Source: Candidatus Methanomethylicia archaeon (GTDB lineage Archaea; Thermoproteota; Methanomethylicia; Nezhaarchaeales; B40-G2). Taken from it: 64,000 bases of DNA. This document shows, in pieces, positions 58,111 through 64,000 of this stretch. The notes under the pieces were generated by a model. That model made no database searches. It was not told the origin of the DNA and saw only the letters and a program-made list of their open reading frames with translations. The position numbers and the translations under genes were made by a program. The stretch is from NCBI GenBank assembly GCA_029259155.1, contig JAPDJI010000014.1, positions 11,316-75,315 on the forward strand. The letters run 5' to 3'. The stretch's first letter is position 1; each line of letters opens with the position of its first letter.

Positions 58111-59004
58111 TTAGTCCAACTCCTCGACTTGTGGTTTAGGCTTCTTAAACCTTGAAGTTTTCCTAGGCTTAATTAAGGTCTTGACGGCGGTGGTAAACAC
58201 ATATTCAGCTACGTCTACCCTTGATCCTCCGCCGGTAACAATGACGTATCTACCCCTACATAGCTCGTCAGCACAGGCCTTTACAGCAGCCACCAGCCTC
58301 GGGTAGAAGTCGGGGGTTAAGCCTCGATCTCCATAGTCCCCTTGACAAGTATCGTGGCCTAAGAAATGGAAGATGAAGTCCGGCTCGAAGGCGTAGGCTC
58401 GTTTAATAAACTCCAGCTCGACTTTACGTAAGTACTCGTCGTCAGTAGTCCGCCAACCTACATTTACATCTACCTTTAACCCCCCCTCCTCTACACGATC
58501 GTAGCTACAAAAGCATACATGTAGTATAGAGGAGTTGCCTGAGAAGACTTCTCGATCACCGTCTCCATGGTGGCTGTCGGTATCGAGAACGGCTATTTTA
58601 CTGGCTCCAAGCTTCAGTAGATGCTCCACGGCAGGCCCAAAACATGAAAGGTATGTCCCTCCCCAAGCATATGAGCGCCCTGCATGATGACCTGCAGCCA
58701 CGCTGAAAACTAGGGCACTGGTCAGTTCCCCTTTCCATACCTTCTCCGCGGCCTCTATGCATCCTCCTACGCTTAGCAAGGCACCTTGATAATACCACCT
58801 AGACTTAACATCCCTTAAGTATTCCTTTGTGTGTACTTTGAGAAGTAGTTTTTCAGGAGCAGGCTTAGGCTCTATTAGAACAGCTTTCCCCTCCTTGAAT
58901 AGCGGGTTTAAGGCTTCAGGGAAAGCTCTAAATTTATCTCCTATGATGGGCCAAGGTTTACCCTTAAAGGATCTATGAAAGAAAACGCCTACAGTAGCCA
59001 TCAA
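58111..59004 (-). CDS. Histone deacetylase/AcuC-family amidohydrolase
   Basis: VHT..Y, GHHA, DTDSHHGDG, GHD. Confidence 0.85.
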   Translation of the reverse strand: MMATVGVFFHRSFKGKPWPIIGDKFRAFPEALNPLFKEGKAVLIEPKPAPEKLLLKVHTKEYLRDVKSRWYYQGALLSVGGCIEAAEKVWKGELTSALVFSVAAGHHAGRSYAWGGTYLSCFGPAVEHLLKLGASKIAVLDTDSHHGDGDREVFSGNSSILHVCFCSYDRVEEGGLKVDVNVGWRTTDDEYLRKVELEFIKRAYAFEPDFIFHFLGHDTCQGDYGDRGLTPDFYPRLVAAVKACADELCRGRYVIVTGGGSRVDVAEYVFTTAVKTLIKPRKTSRFKKPKPQVEELD

Positions 59005-59112
59005 CTAAATAAATTCATCCCTTTAGAGTTAAACCTTGCGTTAAATCTACGTCGCGTTGAACCAGAGAATTAATAATCATCGTATCCCTATGCCGAGAAG
59101 CGGGGGAGGAAA

Positions 59113-59922
59113 CTGAGGTTCCTAGTAGCTTTCATGGCTCTCATGGCTCTCGCCGTCATTTCAACCAACAGCCTAAATACTGGAGTGACCGTGGACTTGA
59201 AGAGTGACGGTTCAGCGATAGTCACCCATAAAGTAACGGTCCACGAGATGACGGAGTTCATAGAGATTAAGCTGCTAGGCGAGCCTGAGGAGATAGTGGC
59301 CTATAGTGAAAGCGAAGCATACTCCACCGAAGTATACAATAACGTGTCAGGCTGGTTTGCCAAGGTCCTTTACCCCGATGCCTCCTTCACTTTAACCTAT
59401 GCGACAGTCTCCATAGCCAACTACAGTGAAGGGTTTTGGACGGTGACCTTTTCCTCTGAAGAGGAGGTTGAGGTTAAGCTTCCGCCAAATGTTGTACCTG
59501 TTAGCGTGCCTGAAGAGGTTCTCGATATAGATCTGGAGGATGATAGGTATGTCTTATGGCTCCCTCCAGGTACCTATACGGTTGAGTATGTGGTGCTCGT
59601 GGAACTACCCAGTGTTGAGGAGGAAGGAGGTACCACCAACCTGTTATGTTCAGCTATGTACCTGGCCATTGGCGCGGTGGCTGGCTTATCTATCTACGTG
59701 GTAATTAAACTGTTGAGACGTAGGAGGCTTCTACCTGAGCTTGATGATACTGACAAGGCTATCTTAGATCTGATTAGGCGTAGAGGACCGCTTAGTATAG
59801 GCGAGATAGCTGACCAGTTAAGTCTCCCCCGAAGCACAGCTCATAGAAAAGTGTCCAAGCTTGCCAGGTATGGTTTAATAAAGCTTGAGAGGGTGGGATC
59901 AAGACTTGTGGCTAAGGAATAG
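59113..59922 (+). CDS. Membrane-anchored winged-helix regulator (signal peptide, external beta domain, TM, wHTH)
   Basis: Hydrophobic N-terminus, TM followed by RRRR, LSIGEIADQLSLPRSTAHRKV. Probable CTG start at 59113 (alternative ATG 59134). Confidence 0.8.
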   Translation: MRFLVAFMALMALAVISTNSLNTGVTVDLKSDGSAIVTHKVTVHEMTEFIEIKLLGEPEEIVAYSESEAYSTEVYNNVSGWFAKVLYPDASFTLTYATVSIANYSEGFWTVTFSSEEEVEVKLPPNVVPVSVPEEVLDIDLEDDRYVLWLPPGTYTVEYVVLVELPSVEEEGGTTNLLCSAMYLAIGAVAGLSIYVVIKLLRRRRLLPELDDTDKAILDLIRRRGPLSIGEIADQLSLPRSTAHRKVSKLARYGLIKLERVGSRLVAKE

Positions 59923-59977
59923 TTTCTCGAGCTTTTCTCGAATTTTTCTCGAATGCTTCTTGATGGTTTCTCTTATC
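59923..59977 (+). repeat. Five phased 11-bp repeats (consensus TTTCTCGAATN), putative operator
   Basis: tttctcgagct tttctcgaatt tttctcgaatg cttcttgatgg tttctcttatc. Confidence 0.75.
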
Positions 59978-59999
59978 ACTCCCAACCCTGCAGGGTTAG

Positions 60000-61028
60000 G
60001 TGGTGGCCGCGTTGAAGGCTAAAGTATTTGCCCTTATCTTCACAGCGTTGATGTTAACATCCATAGCTATACCAGCGGTGACGGTTAAGGCTGAAGAGAG
60101 CGGTGCCCCCCGGAAACTGAGAGCTCTTAGACAGGCTATATCCTGCATCCTATATAGGGCAGAGGTTCTAGCAGAGGAGCTTAACGTTGAGGAAGTAGAA
60201 CAGGCCATAGATGAGTTAAAGCAGGAGCTAAGTACTCTGGACTCGCTTATAGCGGAAGGAAACTATGAGGAGGCTTGGACCTTAGCTATAGAACTGCTAA
60301 GAGAGACTAGGCAACTTTTAAGGCAACTCTATGGCTGTGAGTGCGTGCAAGAAGTATTAGATGAACTAAGCGAAGAAATGATTCAGCAAGGCGTTAAAGC
60401 ACGTGGACTTGCTATGGCCTCCATATTGATAACCGTCGCTGAGGCCAGCAACGCTACAGAGATTACGCAAATCCTCGCGCAGGCTCAAGAACTTTTTGAG
60501 GAAGGCAATGTAACGAGCGCTAAAAGCCTAATGGCTCAATGCATGCTTCAACTTAAAAGGAAAGCTATGGTCCACACCGCGTTAAGAGCTCTAAACTTCA
60601 CAGGATGTGAACTAAAAGCAGCCGCTAACGCAACCAATGGATTAGAGGTAGCGGCCGTAAAGATCGAAACAGCCATAGACAGGTTAGAGTCGGTGGTTGA
60701 ACACTTACAGTCCGTGAATGCTAGCGAGACCGCAATAACCTCGGTGGAGGAGGCAATCGAGCATTTAGAGAATGTAAAGGAGAGATTAGAGGAGAGGCTT
60801 GAGGAAGGGGTTGGCCCTCACGGCTCTCATGGCCCTCAAGGCGCTGGGGACCTTCTGAACGAAGCGCAGTGTGCTATAGAAGAGGCTCAGCATCGCTTCG
60901 GTCATGGACAAGGCTCCAACCAAGGCTCTGGTCATGGACAAAGCTCTGGTCAGTGCCAGGGTCCTGGACATGTACATCATCCACACGGGCAACCTGAGAT
61001 AAACAAACCATGCGGCGCTCATCATTAA
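60000..61028 (+). CDS. Secreted helical/coiled-coil protein with His/Gly/Gln-rich tail
   Basis: Signal peptide ending VKA; acidic helices; tail GHGQGSNQGSGHGQ...HVHHPH...HH. Confidence 0.75.
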   Translation: MVAALKAKVFALIFTALMLTSIAIPAVTVKAEESGAPRKLRALRQAISCILYRAEVLAEELNVEEVEQAIDELKQELSTLDSLIAEGNYEEAWTLAIELLRETRQLLRQLYGCECVQEVLDELSEEMIQQGVKARGLAMASILITVAEASNATEITQILAQAQELFEEGNVTSAKSLMAQCMLQLKRKAMVHTALRALNFTGCELKAAANATNGLEVAAVKIETAIDRLESVVEHLQSVNASETAITSVEEAIEHLENVKERLEERLEEGVGPHGSHGPQGAGDLLNEAQCAIEEAQHRFGHGQGSNQGSGHGQSSGQCQGPGHVHHPHGQPEINKPCGAHH

Positions 61029-61116
61029 CCAGCGCTCTCGCTTCAACCACTCGCCTTTTTTCATTACAGAGCTGATAGGCTTAAGTTTTCTTAAATAGGC
61101 TGAGTTAAAGGAGAGC

Positions 61117-62286
61117 TTGATGTACGACGTGGTGGTAGTGGGGGCGGGTCCAGCGGGTTCATCGACCGCTCTCTCAGCCTCTAAGAGAGGTCTGAAGGTT
61201 CTTCTATTAGAAGAACACCGTGAAGTAGGCCTTCCATTACATTGTGCTGGCATCATTCACCCTCCGAGCTTTGAACGTTCAGGGCTTAAAGTACCTGAAG
61301 AAGTGGTGGAAAGCCGAATTAGAAGAGTATGTGTCTTCACCGGTTACGGGCAGCCCTTAACGGAGCCTTTTAGACTGGGCTTGCTTGTGGTGAATAGGGC
61401 TAGGTTTGATAAGTGGCTGGTTAGATTAGCGGTAGAGGCAGGGGCAGAGCTTAAGCTGCAAAATCGGTTGATGTCAGCAGAGCGAGCAGAGGATGGGTGG
61501 AGGCTAAGTATTAAGGCTCCTCAAGGTTACGTAAATGAGGAATGTAAATTATTGGTAGCGGCCGACGGTGTAGGGAGCACTACGATTAGGCTGGTTGGCT
61601 TTCCGGCTAGAAAGGAATTGGCTTCTTGCTTACAATACGAACTTGAAGGTGTAGAGCTCGAGGACCCTGAACGCATAGATCTTTACTTCACCAGCTCTAT
61701 TGCCCCTGGTGGCTATGCCTGGGTTATCCCATTGGAAGGTGGTAAAAGGCTTAGAGTGGGGCTAGGGGTTAGGAAGGCTGAGAAGCCAGCTAAATATTAC
61801 TTGGATCTCTTCGTACGCCGCCTCTTCAGTGAAGGTAGGGTGGTCAAGGTTTATGGAGGCTGCGTTCCGGTGGGTGGGCCGGTTAAACCTAGCTATGCGG
61901 ATGGTTTCTTAGTGGTAGGTGACGCTGCAGGACATGTAAATCCATTGACAGGGGCTGGCATCGTTGGGGCGGTCAGGTGCGGGTTAATAGCGGGTGAGGT
62001 GGCTGCATCTAAGCTTTCTAGACCTAAAGCTGAGGAGCTTAAGGTTTATGAGGATAAATGCGACGAAGCGGTCGGTAAAGGATATAGAAGAGTGTTAAGA
62101 GCTAGGGCCGACCTAGAGAAGCTGTCTAGCGCTGAGATCAAGGCTTTTATAGATAGGGAAGGGTTGATAGAGGATCTTAGGAGAAGGAGGTACTTCAGGG
62201 CTTTCCTTAAAGTACTTCTCAAGAAACCTAGCTTAGCCTTCACTGCGGTGAGAATTTTTAGAATAAGAGATGCTATATTGACTTAG
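61117..62286 (+). CDS. Geranylgeranyl reductase-family flavoprotein
   Basis: GAGPAG, ADG, GGYAWVIP, VGDAAG...P.TGAGI. Confidence 0.9.
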   Translation: MMYDVVVVGAGPAGSSTALSASKRGLKVLLLEEHREVGLPLHCAGIIHPPSFERSGLKVPEEVVESRIRRVCVFTGYGQPLTEPFRLGLLVVNRARFDKWLVRLAVEAGAELKLQNRLMSAERAEDGWRLSIKAPQGYVNEECKLLVAADGVGSTTIRLVGFPARKELASCLQYELEGVELEDPERIDLYFTSSIAPGGYAWVIPLEGGKRLRVGLGVRKAEKPAKYYLDLFVRRLFSEGRVVKVYGGCVPVGGPVKPSYADGFLVVGDAAGHVNPLTGAGIVGAVRCGLIAGEVAASKLSRPKAEELKVYEDKCDEAVGKGYRRVLRARADLEKLSSAEIKAFIDREGLIEDLRRRRYFRAFLKVLLKKPSLAFTAVRIFRIRDAILT

Positions 62287-62298
62287 CTGGGGTTAGTC

Positions 62299-62946
62299 TT
62301 GGCTAAGCCCAAGGTGCTGCGCGTCCTAGACTCTAAGGACATAGAGGAAGCAGTGGAAGAAGCTGCACGAACGGTTAAACATAGAGGATTGATAGTGTAT
62401 CCCACTGATACGCTTTATGGTTTAGGGGCCGACCCCTTCAGCGAGGCTGCGGTTAATAGAGTGTACGAGGCTAAACATAGGGAAGCTAAACCTATGCCTC
62501 TTTTAGTGTCAAGTAGGGATTACGTTGGGCGTATCGCTTACGTTACAGATGAAGCTAGGAAGCTAATCCAACTGTTCTGGCCAGGTCCATTAACCCTAGT
62601 CCTATCAAAGAAGGCTGTACTTCCAGACCTAGTTACCGCTAACCTACCTAAGGTTGGAGTTAGGATGCCTAACCATGAAGTCGCCTTAAGGATTATTGAA
62701 GCATGTGGAGGCTTTCTGATCGGTACTAGCGCCAACATTTCTGGGCAGTCTCCGCCTAGGACCATTGAAGAGGTGTTAAGGCAGCTCAATGGCAGCGTAG
62801 ACCTAGTGGTGGATGCAGAACCGTTGCCGATAGGCGTGCCCTCTACGGTGATAGATCTTACCAGTGATAAACCCCTATTGATTAGGGAGGGAGCGGTGAG
62901 GTTGGAGGAGCTTGAGAAGGCCTTAGGCAAGATTATTGAGCGTTAA
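62299..62946 (+). CDS. sua5: L-threonylcarbamoyladenylate synthase (Sua5/TsaC)
   Basis: PTDTLYGL, K.R, WPGPLT, TSANISG. Confidence 0.92.
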   Translation: MAKPKVLRVLDSKDIEEAVEEAARTVKHRGLIVYPTDTLYGLGADPFSEAAVNRVYEAKHREAKPMPLLVSSRDYVGRIAYVTDEARKLIQLFWPGPLTLVLSKKAVLPDLVTANLPKVGVRMPNHEVALRIIEACGGFLIGTSANISGQSPPRTIEEVLRQLNGSVDLVVDAEPLPIGVPSTVIDLTSDKPLLIREGAVRLEELEKALGKIIER

Positions 62947-62989
62947 GGCGTCAAGAATATGTAAGGGGCGTTGCTGGCTACTAAAGAGG

Positions 62990-63042
62990 GGATGAAGAGG
63001 AAGGGAAGAGGAGATCAGTGACCGGAATCCGCGGGTCTGACC
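62990..63042 (+). ncRNA. Possible box C/D guide sRNA
   Basis: C-like ATGAAGA at 62992 and D CTGA at 63037 with two internal guide-length segments; D'/C' boxes degenerate. Confidence 0.55.
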
Positions 63043-63168
63043 AAGGCAATATGCAATTTAATCTTTTCCTCCGCGATAAAGATGAAGTCGATAAATTTAT
63101 GCTGTTCTCCCCCATTTTGGCAGCGTTTAGCGTTCTAGGGGTAATTCGTAGTTAGTAGAGGTGCTGTA

Positions 63169-64000
63169 ATGGTACATCTACACTCGAATGTTAAGATCTT
63201 GATATCGACTTCAGCCTTACTCAGCGCCTTCATGGGCATAGCTTACCCATACTTCTCGGAGTACGTCTATGCATTGACGGGGAGCGCCTTTGTAGCGGGT
63301 AGCGTAGCTTTCATCCGCAACGTGATGTGCGTCTGTATCTTCATCCTCGGTGGCTATTTAGCTGACGTTGTTGGTCGTAAACGACTTATCTGGGTTGGAA
63401 CCATGTTGCTGGGCATCGCCCAGCTGCTATATGCTGCTGCTTCCTCGACCTATGAACTGATCTGCGCTGCTCTCTTTGAAGGTGTTTCCTTCTTCTACTT
63501 CCCCGCCTTCAATGCCATGATTATGGACTCCACCCCGGATGAGGAGTTACTGAACGTTTTCACCTTAGGGCTCATTGCCTCTCACTTACCCTACATGGCT
63601 TCCCCTTTGGTGGGCGGTATCCTTAGAGACACTTATGGTGTTTTTGGCCTGAGACTAGGTTTTGCCTTATTTGGTCTTGTCACGTTGACTATTTCGGCTA
63701 TCAGGTTGAAAATGTTGTTTGAGACCCTTGATCGGGTCGAGAAGGTCAAAAGAGGGATGTTCATTAAGGCATACATGGAGGTTGTTGAGTACTTTAGGCG
63801 GCTGCGTAACCCCATTAAGAAGCTTCTGGCTCTTCGCTCCTTTCTGCTTTTATCCGCTATCTTTATGCTTGAGCTTTTCGCTGTGCTCTACGTTACCAGA
63901 TATGCAAACCTTTTGTCGTTCACCGAGTGGGGGCTGGTGCAAGCCTTAGCTTCACTAGCGTTTTTAGCTGCTTTACCTCTAAGTAAACTCATTAGTGGGT
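63169..64000 (+). CDS. MFS transporter, 5' part (runs off the window end)
   Basis: Manual translation from ATG 63169 after a GAGGTG RBS gives MVHLHSNVKIL...GGYLADVVGRKR (MFS motif A). Confidence 0.85.
   Translation, partial: MVHLHSNVKILISTSALLSAFMGIAYPYFSEYVYALTGSAFVAGSVAFIRNVMCVCIFILGGYLADVVGRKRLIWVGTMLLGIAQLLYAAASSTYELICAALFEGVSFFYFPAFNAMIMDSTPDEELLNVFTLGLIASHLPYMASPLVGGILRDTYGVFGLRLGFALFGLVTLTISAIRLKMLFETLDRVEKVKRGMFIKAYMEVVEYFRRLRNPIKKLLALRSFLLLSAIFMLELFAVLYVTRYANLLSFTEWGLVQALASLAFLAALPLSKLISG

Noticed and set aside
59923-59977. CRISPR array
   Set aside because: Tandem 11-mers without spacers.

Overview
Gene-dense archaeal chromosome segment with many TTG/GTG starts and GGAGG/GGTGA ribosome-binding sites. 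Gene content suggests an anaerobic thermophile of the TACK group, possibly Methanomethylicia/Nezhaarchaeales-like (inference). Main contents: (1) a nurA-herA-mre11-rad50 repair operon; (2) a Cbp2-like double-HTH protein; (3) a divergent FtsZ/tubulin-family GTPase with a MinD-type amphipathic tail; (4) a group-4 membrane [NiFe]-hydrogenase operon carrying an HdrB and a NuoC-like subunit fused to an HdrC-like tail, next to a lipoate module (GcvH, CoADR-like flavoprotein, HdrD/GlpC-like protein, LipS2, OsmC, split Lpl); (5) hypCDEF, class II RNR, CooC and mptG/folP; (6) a 7-kb cobN/chlID island flanked by an exact 145-bp direct repeat; (7) three probable box C/D sRNAs; (8) a membrane-anchored wHTH regulator followed by five phased 11-bp repeats and a secreted His/Gly-tailed protein. 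Also seen: an in-frame TGA in the hydrogenase antiporter subunit, a frameshifted sixA, and probable CTG/ATA start codons. No rRNA, tRNA, CRISPR array, integrase or transposase was recognised. All family calls come from motif recognition, not database searches.
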